DNA of 63,963 nt, counting the filler, from Octopus bimaculoides (Eukaryota): the NCBI RefSeq assembly GCF_001194135.2. It is 5 parts of 5 records of this genome, joined end to end, with 100 filler letters (N's around TTAATTAATTAA, not from the genome) between each part and the next. Parts side by side here need not be neighbours in the genome. Positions count along the whole stretch, not along the records: positions 1 to 22,113 come from NC_068983.1; 4 more parts are not named here. The stretch is one strand, 5' to 3'. Below are positions 1 to 12,319 of this stretch, piece after piece. A model generated the notes under the pieces. The model made no database searches. It worked only from the letters and a program-made list of their open reading frames with translations, and was not told the origin of the DNA. Every line of letters begins with the position of its first letter. Within the stretch, counting starts at the first letter, position 1. A program made the translations under genes and the position numbers.

Positions 1-752
1 GATACTATTTTATATATACGCAGGAAGACTTTTGATTAATAATATGACAGAATTAAGGCAAGATAAAAAATGAAAGCCGTCAATATATATGGTATTCTGC
101 CTAAACTACGTCTTTAAGATACGATGTGTTAGTAGTAACGCAAAAAGGAAACTATTTCCTAAGGAACTCAAGCAGATAGAGAGGAATAACGACAAAAGGA
201 AAGTAAAGATTTAATGAAAAGGTGAATCAGGTTGGAGTTGAAAAAAAAGGCACTTACCCAGGCAATGGTCAAGCAAATAATAGTATGGAGTATTAAATAG
301 TCGTTTTGTATTGAAAGAATTTTGAAGGGGTTTTATTTTTAGACTGGGGTCAAACGGTCGAATCCGTTCAACCGTGTTTTAAGTCTTTAGCAACACAAAT
401 TACAAAGAATTTGGGAGTGGTTCTGAAAGATGGAGAGAAGTATTGACAGACAGAAACTGGGTGGGAGCTGTCTTCAAGAATTCAAGTAATGCTATATATT
501 CAAAATTAACCATACATGCTGGTTTTGTTGTTGTTATTGTTGCTGCTACTGTTGTTATTGTCACTTATTTTTTTGTATTTTGACGCTACTTTCCTTCAGA
601 AATTAGTGGTCCTAAACTCCCTAGGGAATTTTATGCCAGCTTCATCACTTTTATTTATTTATTATTTTTTTCTTTGTTTTGAAACAAGATCGAAATAAAC
701 ATTTTATACCGACAGATTTTAGACACTTTTTTTCTGAAACTGGTAGGATTAT

Positions 753-840
753 GTAGGGGGTGCAAATTTTGATCTTGCACCCCCTGAAAATTCTAGGGGG
801 TGCAGGTGCACCCGCTGCACCCCCTGTTCCCGGGCCCTTG
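753..840 (-). mobile_element. GC-rich terminal fragment of a probable DNA transposon (hAT-like subterminal array)
   Basis: AGGGGGTGCA motif occurs four times in alternating orientation, forming two perfect 11-bp-arm hairpins (755-785, 795-825). No partner end or transposase found. Confidence 0.4.
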
Positions 841-1049
841 GTTATCAGTACTGGAACCTCTTTTGGTGATGAGGATATCTGGGGGTTATTTTTTATTGTC
901 AGATGATGGCATAATCTACATCTTGAGAAAATGACTATCTCACATCTACTGCCAGTATGTAGATCTATACTACAAACTTCAAGCAACACCAAATCTTTTT
1001 ATTCCATTGTCCTATCTTATTACTACTGGGCTTTTCAATGAAATATATT

Positions 1050-1470
1050 GAAGATAATATTGGCTTTATTTTGTGGCACAAAGCCAACAATTAGCCCCAG
1101 TGTTCAACTGGTACTTATTTTACTGATCCTGAAAGAGTGCAAGGCAATGTTAACCTTGGCAAACTTTGAACTCAGAATGTAAAGACAGACAAAATGCGAC
1201 TAAGCATTTCCCCCAGTGTGCTTACATTCTGCCAGCTTACCACCCTAATGTTGCAGGTAATATGAATTTCAAATTTTGGTGCAAGGCCAGCAATTTCAGA
1301 GGAGGGGATAAGACAATTACATCAACCCAGTGTTCAACTGGTACTTATTTAATCGACCCCCAAAGAGATGAAAGACAAAGCTGACTCCAGCAGTATTTGA
1401 ACTGAAAATGTAAAGTTGGGAGAAATGTTGCGAAGCATTTTCCTAGTGCAGTAATGATTCTGCCAGCTTG
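1050..1470 (-). mobile_element. Two tandem degenerate copies of SINE family B
   Basis: The block CCCAGTGTTCAACTGGTACTTATT...TTTGAACT.A.AATGTAAAG...AAGCATTT...TTCTGCCAGCTT occurs twice; related to 26125-26237 and 49003-49190. Confidence 0.7.
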
Positions 1471-1867
1471 ACACATTTTGTTAAAGGTAATATTAGCAAG
1501 AAAAACATTTACAGCATTGATTTGCTTACAGTGAACCTCAACTTAGAGAGATCTATTGTAAATGTGAGTGACTTACACACTGATTTCAAGGCCATCTTCT
1601 GTGGCAGTATCAGGTGATAAAATTGTAATTGACTGCTAGTACCAGTATAGTCTTGAATGATGGCTTCTTATTCATTCCATTTGCCATTGCCCTTCTCTGC
1701 CAGTTCAAACAATACAATCTAAAAGTCATTCTTTGATGTGTGGAGGGTTTCCATGATCCATTGACCCTGAGAATGACATTGTCAGGTGTTTAGTGCTCCA
1801 GGTAGAGTGACCATAAGTAGCAAGGTCAAAGAAAAGGACCAGCATCACTTCAAGACTACAACAGCAG

Positions 1868-1902
<35 letters not shown>

Positions 1903-1944
1903 GATAGATAGATAGATAGACATATATATATACATGTATATATC

Positions 1945-2108
1945 ACCCACTACACTCGGAGTGGTTGGCGTTAGGAAGGGCATCCAGCTTTAGAAACTCC
2001 GCCAGATCAGATTGGAGTCTGGTGTAGCTATCTGGTTCGCCAGTCCCCAGTCAAATTGTCCAACCCATGCTAGCATGGGAAGTGGATGTTAAATGATGAT
2101 GATGATGA
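1945..2108 (+). mobile_element. 3' end of an RTE-type LINE with (GAT)n tail
   Basis: Closely similar to 12925-13107 (GAGTGGTTGG.GTTAGGAAGGGCATCC...GTCCAACCCATGC.AGCATGG...GTTAAATGATGAT), which follows an RTE-like ORF C-terminus. Confidence 0.7.
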
Positions 2109-2176
2109 TATATACATATATATATCTATACATATATATACATATATATATATACATATATAAAGATTGTCATACC

Positions 2177-2216
2177 GGCCATGACGAAGGGAAATAGCCC
2201 TGAAACTCGAGTCGCC
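2177..2216 (+). ncRNA. Variant minimal Type I hammerhead ribozyme motif
   Basis: GGC-C(A)UGACGA-AGGG aaauag CCCU-GAAAC-UCGA-GUC-GCC: stems I, II and III all pair, helix III is palindromic (ACUCGAGU), one extra A in the core. Confidence 0.6.
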
Positions 2217-3079
2217 TTTATATATATATATTTATATTTATATATTTATATATTTGATCCTTTATATTGAACACTCAATATTTCATCTACATTCAATACT
2301 TTATTTCATGGTGCCATCCATTTTTATTTTATTTTATATTATATATTGTATATTATATTATATATTGTATATTCCATATTCTATACCCCACATTAGTTCT
2401 GCAGGAATATAAATAAAACATAAAAAACAGACAGTGTTGGAACTCTTTTAAGCAAAATAAATATATNNNNNNNNNNNNNNNNNNNNNNNNNNNNNNNNNN
2501 NNNNNNNNNNNNNNNNNNNNNNNNNNNNNNNNNNNNNNNNNNNNNNNNNNNNNNNNNNNNNNNNNNNNNNNNNNNNNNNNNNNNNNNNNNNNNNNNNNNN
2601 NNNNNNNNNNNNNNNNNNNNNNNNNNNNNNNNNNNNNNNNNNNNNNNNNNNNNNNNNNNNNNNNNNNNNNNNNNNNNNNNNNNNNNNNNNNNNNNNNNNN
2701 NNNNNNNNNNNNNNNNNNNNNNNNNNNNNNNNNNNNNNNNNNNNNNNNNNNNNNNNNNNNNNNNNNNNNNNNNNNNNNNNNNNNNNNNNNNNNNNNNNNN
2801 NNNNNNNNNNNNNNNNNNNNNNNNNNNNNNNNNNNNNNNNNNNNNNNNNNNNNNNNNNNNNNNNNNNNNNNNNNNNNNNNNNNNNNNNNNNNNNNNNNNN
2901 NNNNNNNNNNNNNNNNNNNNNNNNNNNNNNNNNNNNNNNNNNNNNNNNNNNNNATATATATATATATATATATATATACATACACATATCTACCTATGTG
3001 CGTGTATTTGTGTGTGTCTATAAATAAATGGTGAGAGAGTAGAGAAAGAGAGCTAAAGAAGGAGAGGGTTTATGAGCTT

Positions 3080-3760
3080 ATCACAGAAACAGCTTTTTAT
3101 GTATACATCTTAGTTCAATATACAACAATAGTGCTGTATAAGCTGTTTAATGCTGTCTTGCAGATGAAGGAATAATTGCAATTTAGTGAAGTTTGGGGAC
3201 ATAAAGAAAGATGCCTAAATATCTATTTTATGTGATGTTTAGTGCTATGTTGAGAGTGTAGTCGAAGAAAGATCATAGGTCAGTAGCAAATGGTGTAGAG
3301 CTATGCCTAAGAGAAAATGGAAGGAACCATTTAATGTAAAAGTATCTGTGGACAGAGCAACATAAAAGAAGTCATCATTCTGTCTCATCTAAAACTAGAA
3401 TAGTAAGGGGGAAAATCGTAAGTAAAGTTAAGCTGTCATCATATCATAAGTGTTGTTTCTGAATACCAGTATCAGTAATATTCCACATCAACATTTTACA
3501 ACTAGTCCCACCATAAAGCCCACCCTTCTAAAGAGACCTTCTGAAGGTCTTTTTGTCATTTCTTTCTAAACTACAATGGTCTTTCCACCCACACAAACTT
3601 CACTGTATTCCTATCCACTCATTCATGCCTTTTTCTTTCCTATCACCTCATAACCTATATAGAAAGCATTTTCCTAAATATTTCTTTCCCTGAACTTTAT
3701 CGTCTGAGATTGCCTTTTAGGTTAGTTGAAATATTTTAACAGCTCTCATTTGCAATGTTG
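3080..3760. mobile_element. Highly degenerate LINE (CR1/L2-like) remnants
   Basis: Minus-strand YDDS (YADD-like) near 3440; plus-strand KHFPKYFFP* near 3665-3695 resembles the SFFP..LWN C-terminal motif. Many stops. Confidence 0.3.
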
Positions 3761-5530
3761 TTTCTACATTCTGACAGATAAAAAAGAAGAAAAAAGGAAG
3801 AGCTAAATCTAACCAATAAAAAACAAAAAAAAAAAAAAGAAATTTAACCTAAGCTAATGCTCTGTTATTATTTTGTTAGGGCACTTAAATAACTCTGAAA
3901 AAATCACTATTTTACAGAGTTAGTAATAACAATATAGATAAGAGAGCATTAATTTTGTTTCTTCAGTCTTTCATTTTGGGGGTATAATTGTCATAGTTTT
4001 GCCCCTTATGTTAGCAAGGAGCACCAATACTATAGTGTTTATATAATATTGCCAGTTTTGTTGATGTAGTCAACAATAAATAAGTAGTACATATTCATAA
4101 AAAAGATTTATCATTTGTTGTTTCTAAAGTGTATAAACAAAACAATCACAATAATTATATAAAAATTCCTAAGTTTGAGTTGAGAGTACACACATCTTTC
4201 TAGAATGTGTTATGGTGTATAGATTAATGCTTCTGACAAGGTTTTTTTCCCCCTCTAATGTGTTCACAGAAGCTACAGTATGTTGGCCAGGATTAGTAAA
4301 CTTGCTTTTAAAATATTTAGTTTGAAAGCATTTTTATGAAGCAAAAATTTTTGTTTTTGTATTGCTTGTTTGGTTTTTTGTTCGAGTATTTTATCATCCT
4401 GAATTATTATTCCTTCATTTTCACTTATAGAAGAGAGCAGTGATAAAATGGTGAACAGTAAATAAAATACTGTGATTTTAATGACATCACAGGTTTTAAT
4501 TTTGCTTCAATAGTTTATCTGAAACTTACATGACATCTGGGCATTTTGAAATTATACCTAATTTTTATTTTTTGATTTGCAGAAACTTCAAATACTATGC
4601 ATTTTAGCTCAAGTGTTTTCTAAAATCATTTGTGTGTGTAAGTATTTGTGCCTCCTAACAGTGAGGGGGAAAAAATTGTAGTATAACTGAAATCCTTGAC
4701 ATAAGATGTTAGAAAGTTTGTGTTAAAATTTTCAGTTAAAAACTCATTTCAGTATTAAAGTCAATAAAGGATGAATGCTAGAAATTTGTTGGTTGTGTAA
4801 TTTTTAATGTCAACGCTTGCTTCTTTATTATACTAAATAATAATTCACCATATTAAGAAAAAGGAAAGAGTATTCAACCATAAAGCATAAATAATACAGG
4901 TGACAGCAAAATATCTTTCATCTATATAGAAATGTCTTCATGGAAATAGGTCTTTGAGAAAATAGGTTATGCCAGATCATTACAAATAAAAATAACCAAG
5001 GTATTTGTTTTCTTAATGTTATATGTTGATTGCAATTAATATTTAAGTTAGAAAATCTCTGGTATCAATACTGAGAGAGTAATGTTAAGAAAAATAGGTA
5101 GTTCTCAACTGTGGAAAATTTTTCAAGATAGTGATTTCCAAAGCTGACACTTAAGGTAAGTTTAGTTGATTTAAGCTTCTTCAGTATATGACTTAGATTT
5201 ATTTCTTTGATCACCTAAAGGATTTACAAAATACTCACATCCTTCTGAGCATTCTATTGATCTATATTAAAAAATGTTTCAAAAGTAGTTCCATTTTAGA
5301 AGTACATTTATGCTCAGAAAAAATTTCAGGAATTGTATGAGAGATACTTAGAAACCATATCACACTAAACTAGACACTAAAAATCAAAATGAATGACTGA
5401 TAATTGTTGCTGAAGAACACTTTAGACCTGACTTCAATTGTCAGGAAGAAACAACTAATATCAAACTATTAATGGTTAATTGAGTGAAAGTATTTTTAAT
5501 GTTTGAAGCATTAAAAACACTCAGATAAGA

Positions 5531-5575
5531 TAAAATACACTGTGAAAAAATAAAATACACTGTGAAAAAATAAAA
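5531..5575. repeat. 20-bp tandem duplication
   Basis: TAAAATACACTGTGAAAAAA twice, followed by TAAAA. Confidence 0.85.
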
Positions 5576-6832
5576 TAAAATGGTTACTATTATTGTTTTA
5601 TCAGCAAACATTTGTGTTACTATGCATATTTAATTGTTATTTAAAATAGTGATTGAAAGTGTAACTATGTCGTACTTGCTGAAAATTAAATCTTAACATA
5701 TATATATAAAAAAAAAAGTTGTATATTTGTTGGACTTGGGAAAGAAAATTGCTTAAAAATCTTCTAATTCTTAGGTGCTGCCTGCATCATATATGATGGT
5801 TAAGTGAATGAAGGTGTTTCTAAAGCTGGGAACATTGAAAAGGAATAAGATATAGGGAGATATGTATTGAAGCCCAAATGTTAGCCCAATTGAAGTTATC
5901 AGATTCTTAAACAATAGTTTCTGGTAAAAAGTAAAAATTCCTTATTTAAATATACATTGTTCATGACAAATTACTATCAGTTGGTATTATAATATCAATA
6001 ATCCTTCAGCAGTCAGGAGTGGAGGTGTCCTCTTTCAATTTGGCAGACAACAACTCTAGAGCAGGTGACACAACAGAATGCATCACACTCTAGTTGCAAA
6101 GAATACAGAAAATAAAATGGAGACATGCATTCTACAAGCTACAACAAACACAACTTATCTAGGAAAGCACTAACCCTGAAGCAAAAAAATGATATAATGT
6201 AAGGAGAACTTTTTATCATGACAGACAACCTCACTAATGCTGGTGTTGTGATACAATTCCCTTATCACATACTATGAAAAGCTTGAAGTATTATGGTAGC
6301 ATCTATGGAGAAAACATGATAGCAAATATGACAGAGGCAGCAGTTAAATGTAATTCTTGTAACAGCAAGACCAAAAGTACAGAAGATCTCAGTCGGTGAC
6401 TTTACTTCAAATAACAGTTTAGTAACAGTTTCAGTCATCACAGAAAACATACCATAGAAAGTTGCAAGTATATTTCATTACATATCACCTGTTTTCTTTT
6501 ATAAGATTATTTTATAGAGTAAAATAATTAGGTGTGTTGAACTAAGTAATTTCTACAATTAGCTGTAATTAAATCATGACTCAATGAAGTTTCAGTATAC
6601 TGGAAAATAAAGGAAATATGAATCACAAAGATTGTATAATTAATAGCAGGCCATTGTTCAACTAGTTTACTTCTAATTACTGACATAGGAACTTTGTTGA
6701 TACAGTGTAATGAGAAGTTTAAGTAGATATGGTTTTATTGCAATTGTTTTTGCTAATCTTAATAAGAAAGAAATTTCCAGAGGCCATGTAAGTAATTATT
6801 GGCATTTTAAATAGAAATACAATGATATATGC

Positions 6833-7020
6833 ATAGACATAACCATGTTGTTAAGAAGTTTGCTTCACAACTATATGAGCCCAGCTTTGATTTCACTGCA
6901 CAACACCCTAGGCAAGTATCTTCTAGCATGGACTTGGGTAGGTCAATGTCATTAGAGTATAATTTGGTAGATTCAAACTATAGAAACCTATTGAGTGTAT
7001 GTGTGTACATGCACACACAC
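6833..7020 (+). mobile_element. Degenerate 5' part of SINE family A
   Basis: Aligns by eye to 11100-11270 (AAGAAGTTTGCTTC...GGCAAGTATCTTCT...ATTTGGTAGA). Confidence 0.55.
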
Positions 7021-7099
7021 AGTGCAAGGGGTATTTGAGAACATATTTAGTAATTTAGTAAAACAACTCTAATCTCACAAAACCAAGTGTATTTTAATA

Positions 7100-8250
7100 A
7101 AAATTTGTGGTCATGTTTATGATAAGCTTTTTTATGAGGTTATTTTCTGACTTCACCTTCAGCTCTGATGACTGCTTCAATGTGAGACTGGAATCATTGA
7201 CATGCTTGCATTAAATGCTCTTTCTTCATCTCTGATATCACCTAGACAATGTCAGCTTTCAGTGAAGCTGTGGTGTTGTGAGGATGTCAATTAGTCTTTC
7301 AACAACATTCCAAACATAATAGCCCATGGCATTTAAATATGGCAAGTTTGGAGGCCAAGCCTGGTGTTACAGGATTGTAAAGATTGTCTGATATTCATCT
7401 TAGGTTATGTATACTTTGTGAAAAAGGGTTGAGTCATGTTGAAGCATGCTTGACCTTCTACTGTGCACTTCAGCCATCCAGGACTTAACTGTCTTTAGCG
7501 CTTCAACATATCCATCTGTATTTATTTTAGGGCCCTATGGAAAGATGTGAGATAGCATGACATGACCTTCATTATTCTCTATTTCTAAAACCCTCAGTTA
7601 CTGGAAACTTAATATGCATCACTCTGGGGACATTAGAGGGATCTGCTTATAACCATGTATCACTTTTCCTGTAAGGCTTTTGGTCTTGGTTGAAGATTTT
7701 TCAATCAAAAGAACTGAAGCCTGTCATATTCATGAAGGATTTTAACCCTGTGAAATAACTGCTTGGCATGGGTCAAACAGTTGTACTGTGTCTTTACAGA
7801 AATGATTTGGCGTCTTCTCTGTACATATGACTTATATTGAATGTCCTTATGTGAGAGTCCAATTTGACACCTGAAGTTCTTTGGCCATGGCTCTCATTGA
7901 GTTTCCAGAATCATCACTGATGATTTTAAACCTGTTGGATGAATTGCAGTGTCCTTATAATGCCTGAACATTTAGAATGTTTGTTTTTGTTTTTTTTGTC
8001 TTTGATGCATTTGGAACATTCTACCCAGAAACTTCTTATTCCATCTGAACTTTGTGTACAAAAGATTTTGCAAGGTTTATAAAGTTGGCAATTTCTAAAT
8101 TGTTGTGTTCCATGCACTGCATGTCTTCTCACTTCTTGTGTTAGCATTTTATCTGCCATGGAAGATCTAAGAGAAATAAAAACCTTTTAACTGGCTTCAA
8201 GAGAGTAACACACTAATAATTCACTGTCCTCAAATACTTCTTGAAACCTG
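7100..8250 (-). mobile_element. Tc1/mariner (maT/DD37D-like) transposase relic
   Basis: Minus strand across stops and frameshifts: MADKMLTQEVRRHAV..., VMHIKFPVT, NEGHVMLSHIFP, LQHDST, WPPNLPYLNAMGYYVWNVVER, HIEAVIRAEG. Second-to-third catalytic position spacing is about 36-37 residues. No clear TIR pair. Confidence 0.8.
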
Positions 8251-8286
8251 TGTGTATGTATATATGGTGTATGTATATATGATGTA

Positions 8287-9055
8287 TCACTTTTAAGTTT
8301 ATCTCTATAGATTTTCTATAGAGTTCAAAATCAGCATTGCAAATTATCACGTTTCATAAATAAATATGTCTATGGAAACAATGTGGCCAAAGATACACAA
8401 TAAAACAGGGTTTGAATGTATATGTATATTTCAAGAGTTATTGCTCTTTCATCAGCACCACATCCAACCCATTAACTATCCTTGAATACATTACTTAATT
8501 ACACACTAAGTTTAGTAATGTAACACAATTGGGTAGACCTACACACTAAGTTTAGTAATGTAACACAATTGGGTAGACCAATTTGCATATTAAACACCAT
8601 TCTAACAACTGGCACATGCACATTAATTGCTGGCAAAGATACAACCATAATATACTACCAAGTATATTACGAGATAACAAGTTAATGTTGTGCCTTACCT
8701 TGTGTTAGCAGTACGATATTCTCACTTTTAAATTTATCTCTATAGATTTTCTATTGAGTTCATGGATAGTTTATGGCTTGGATGTGGTGCTGATAAAAGA
8801 GTAATATGTATATACATCCATTATTAAATGTTACAATCTTCGATTTCATTGTCTATATAGATGTGTTCATTTATGAAATGGCAAAACTTACAGTGCTGGC
8901 TCTGAATTCTATAGAAAATCTATAGAGATAAACTTAAAAGTGAGAATATTGCACTCCTAACACAAGGTAAGAGACAGTATTGACTTGTAAACCTGTAATA
9001 TACTAGATAGTATATTATGGTTGCAAAACGAAATACTGTATGCTTGCCAGCAATT
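8287..9055. mobile_element. HHR-bearing non-autonomous element (partial 435-bp tandem plus head-to-head inverted copy)
   Basis: 8287-8327 recurs at 8722-8762 (period 435, including a perfect 40-bp duplication at 8500-8579). 8761-9055 is an inverted copy of 8287-8487 and 8626-8762. Confidence 0.75.
8415..8459 (-). ncRNA. Type I hammerhead ribozyme, intact core
   Basis: Minus: GGUG-CUGAUGA-AAGAG caauaa CUCUU-GAA-AUA uaca UAU-A|CAUU. Perfect 5-bp stem II, 3-bp stem III, AUA cleavage triplet. Confidence 0.75.
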
Positions 9056-10111
9056 TGTGTGTGTGTATGTGTGTGTGTGTGTGTGTGTGTATTTATGTAT
9101 GAATAAAGTGTGCGTCTAACAAAACATGTACTTCATAGAATTATGTCACTTTATGCCAAAGATGGATTTATTCATAAATAAATAGATATAAATAGATATT
9201 ATAAAATTAAATACCTGACTATGTAGAAAATCCCTTCAAGGTACTGCCTCAGTATAATTGTAGACCAAAGACTGAAACCAGTGAAAGCATAAAAGAATAT
9301 AATTCCACAGAAACGTTCACATAAATGCAAATGAATGATACTGACTAAACTATAACAAAGACATCAGTCATTGTTAGTATTTGGCTGTGTGAAAGAAAAA
9401 CACCTTTGTAATAACACAAGACCATAAACTGACAGGGAGGGTTATAGTTAGTTACAGTACAGCCGATTCATAAATGGTACTGTTTTATAAAGTTTGCAAA
9501 AAGCAAATTCAACCCTTGATGATATGAATCCTCAAAGTAATGGAACTACAAATATTGCAAGTTTATTTGTATGATGCTCTGCTCTACTTTTACAAACATT
9601 CCACCATTTTTGAAATGTTAAGAAAATCTTGCATACTTGCGCTATGATTACTATTTTATAAAATGAATTAATGCCATATGTTTATATGGCAGTATATTAT
9701 CTTATAAATGGAAAGGATGACCCTATATTAAAAAAAAACAGAGCAAAGTGGAAATGTGGCATTTATAATTTTTGCAAAAGTGATATTCACGTGAGCGAGG
9801 TGAAATGGCTTTGACTAAGAAGTGAAAAAACATGTCCCAGAATTGACATAGATTGCATTTTTCCCATTAAATGGAATTGTAATGTATGTTTAAATATTGT
9901 AAAAAAATATGAAATATATATTAATATATAGTAGTACTCTAATGTAGTACAAAACTGTTTTTGATACAACTATCAACTATATGGACACACGGATAAATAT
10001 ATGCCTTATATGTTGAACTTGTTATATGGAAACTGTAAGGAAGCCCATCATATATATTTGTGCCTGAGTTCTTGTCTGTGTTTATGTTGTATCCCATTAT
10101 GTCTCTTAATA

Positions 10112-10883
10112 CAAAGTGGTATTAGAATGTTCCTGGACTAGTTGTGCTTAATAAAAAAATAACTTATTTACCTAGGTTTTAACATCGTCTCCTTTGAAAT
10201 AGTCACCTTGCATAGCAATACACCAGACTCAGCACTCCTGCTACTTTTGGAATCTGGCTTGGAAGTTGTTTTCTGTAAGCAAGTCGAAGACCTTCTGCAA
10301 TTTGCTCTTGATTTCAGCAACAGTGTTAGAATGGTGACCTTTGAGATGCATTTTCATCTTGAGGAACATCAGCAAATCTTGTCACTTTCACTGAATGTCC
10401 TCCTTTAAAAGCTTCAAAACATCGTTGATTGTCCTCTGATGACCCTCATGCACAAGCTGATGAATTTTTTTCACATTTCCAAGGGTGACACCCGTGGCAA
10501 GTCATCCAGATCACATCCTCCAGGGACATTCTTCCACTTTTGAAATGCCTGTGCCACTCGAAACATTGTGTACAACTCATTGCCTCGTTACCATAAGCTT
10601 GCCAAAGCATACTTAGTGTCTCTGTAGCAGACTTCCAAAGTTTAATGAAAAATTTTACATTGGTTCTTTGTTCCAACTTCTTGTCCATGACAAAAATTGC
10701 CGACTACAACATACACATGATCACCAAAACACAAATTTCACAACTTGCAAACTAAACACTGTGATGTCACTCAGCACACTGTCTCACGAAGGTCACTGCT
10801 ACCTCTCATTGTGCATGCAACCATGTGCTGCCATCTGTTGATGCATTACAAAATTAGTCCAGGATCTTTTTGATGCCGCCTTG
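10112..10883 (-). mobile_element. Internally deleted mariner element with TIRs and TA target duplication
   Basis: TA|CAAAGTGGTATTAGAATGTTCCTGGACTA versus the reverse complement of TAGTCCAGGATCTTTTTGATGCCGCCTTG|TA. Retains the N-terminal HTH (EQRTNVKFFIKL...CFEWHRHFKSGR) and C-terminus (KMHLKGHH...CIAMQGDYFKGDDVKT*); catalytic middle missing. Confidence 0.9.
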
Positions 10884-11099
10884 TATAGTAGTTTATATAT
10901 ATAAAGGATAAAATCATAAAAAAATTTTCATCAGTGGCCAGCATATAAAATAGACCTGTTTAGGTAAATTCCTATATCAAGATTCATAATAGTACAAAAT
11001 ACAATTATGATTAAGGGCACAGAAGGGTTCAGTGCTTATATGCTGAAGATAGATGCTAAATCCATCCAACCATTTCAAATTATCACTATATAATTTACG

Positions 11100-11510
11100 G
11101 GTGCAGGAGTGGCTGTGTGGTAAGTAGCTTGCTTACCAACCACATGGTTCTGGGTTCATTCCCACTGCATGGCACCTTGGGCAAGTGTCTTCTACTATAG
11201 CCTCGGGCTGACCAAAGCCTTGTGAGTGTATTTGGTAGACGGAAACTGAAAGAAGCCTGTTGTATATATGTATAAATATATATATGTATGTGTGTGTGCA
11301 TGTTTGTGTGTCTGTCCCCCCAAATATCGCTTGACAACCGATGGTGGTGTGTTTACATCCCCGTAACTTAGCGGTTCGGCAAAATTGACTGATAGAATAA
11401 GTACTATGCTTACAAAGAATAAGTCCTGGGGTCGATTTGCTCGACTAAAGGCGGTGCTCCAGCATGGCCGCAGTCAAATGACTGAAACAAGTAAAAGAGA
11501 GTAAAAGAGA
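11100..11510 (+). mobile_element. Full-length tRNA-derived SINE, family A
   Basis: A-box-like GTGGCTGTGTGGTAAG, B-box-like GGGTTCATTCCC, internal (TG)n, tail GTAAAAGAGA twice. Many other copies in the window. Confidence 0.9.
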
Positions 11511-12149
11511 GTATGTGTTGAAATCAAGGAAGTAGACACAGAAATTCATAAAATAATTCAGATAGTTTTGGATTCATCAATTACTAGATTAGTTTGATAA
11601 CTTTTCCTTCATGAGCAAAACATACTGGGTGAGATAAATGAAATATTTATACATACTCACAGAAAAGCACATGCAAAACTGTGATTATGCACTAATATCC
11701 CAAATATATACGCATCGAATTTTACAGTCTACCTCAACACATGTAAATTATAGTGATAATTTGAAGCGGTTGGATAGATTTTGCATCTATCTTCAGCAAA
11801 TAGTTATAGGGGCATAAACAAGTTGACACTGGTTGTCGAGTGGTGGTGTAGGAACAAATACAAAGACACACACACACATACACGTGCGTGCACACACACA
11901 CACACACACAGACACAACGGGGTTCTTTCAGATCAAGCAGCGCCATCTACCNNNNNNNNNNCACACACAGACACAACGGGGTTCTTTCAGATCAAGCAGC
12001 GCCATCTACCTGAAGGGATTTGTGGTTTGTCTGCATTCCTACTTATTAAGACTCTAGCATTTCTAGATTGACTCTAAGGCCCTTCGATTCTAGCACCATA
12101 GTCAACTGCTACAAAGGTAAAGGTGATGCATAAGAAAGGTAAAGACCAA

Positions 12150-12310
12150 TACATCTTGGCACTAGTAATGTCACAACTCATTTCTACAGCTGAGTGAACT
12201 GGAGCAACGTGAAATAATGTGCCTTGCTCAAGAACATAACACACAGCCCAGTCTGGGAATCAAACTCACTACCTAATGATTGTTAACCCCATGCTCTAAC
12301 CACTGAGCTT
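12150..12310 (-). mobile_element. tRNA-derived SINE, family C (5' part)
   Basis: Minus: GCTCAGTGGTTAGAGC...GAGTTTGATTCCC...TGTTCTTGAGCAAGGCAC; related to 52683-52929. Confidence 0.75.
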
Positions 12311-12319
12311 GCTTACACC

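Noticed and set aside
11905-12010. About 48-bp direct repeat flanking a 10-N gap
   Set aside because: Typical unmerged contig overlap; treated as an assembly artefact.
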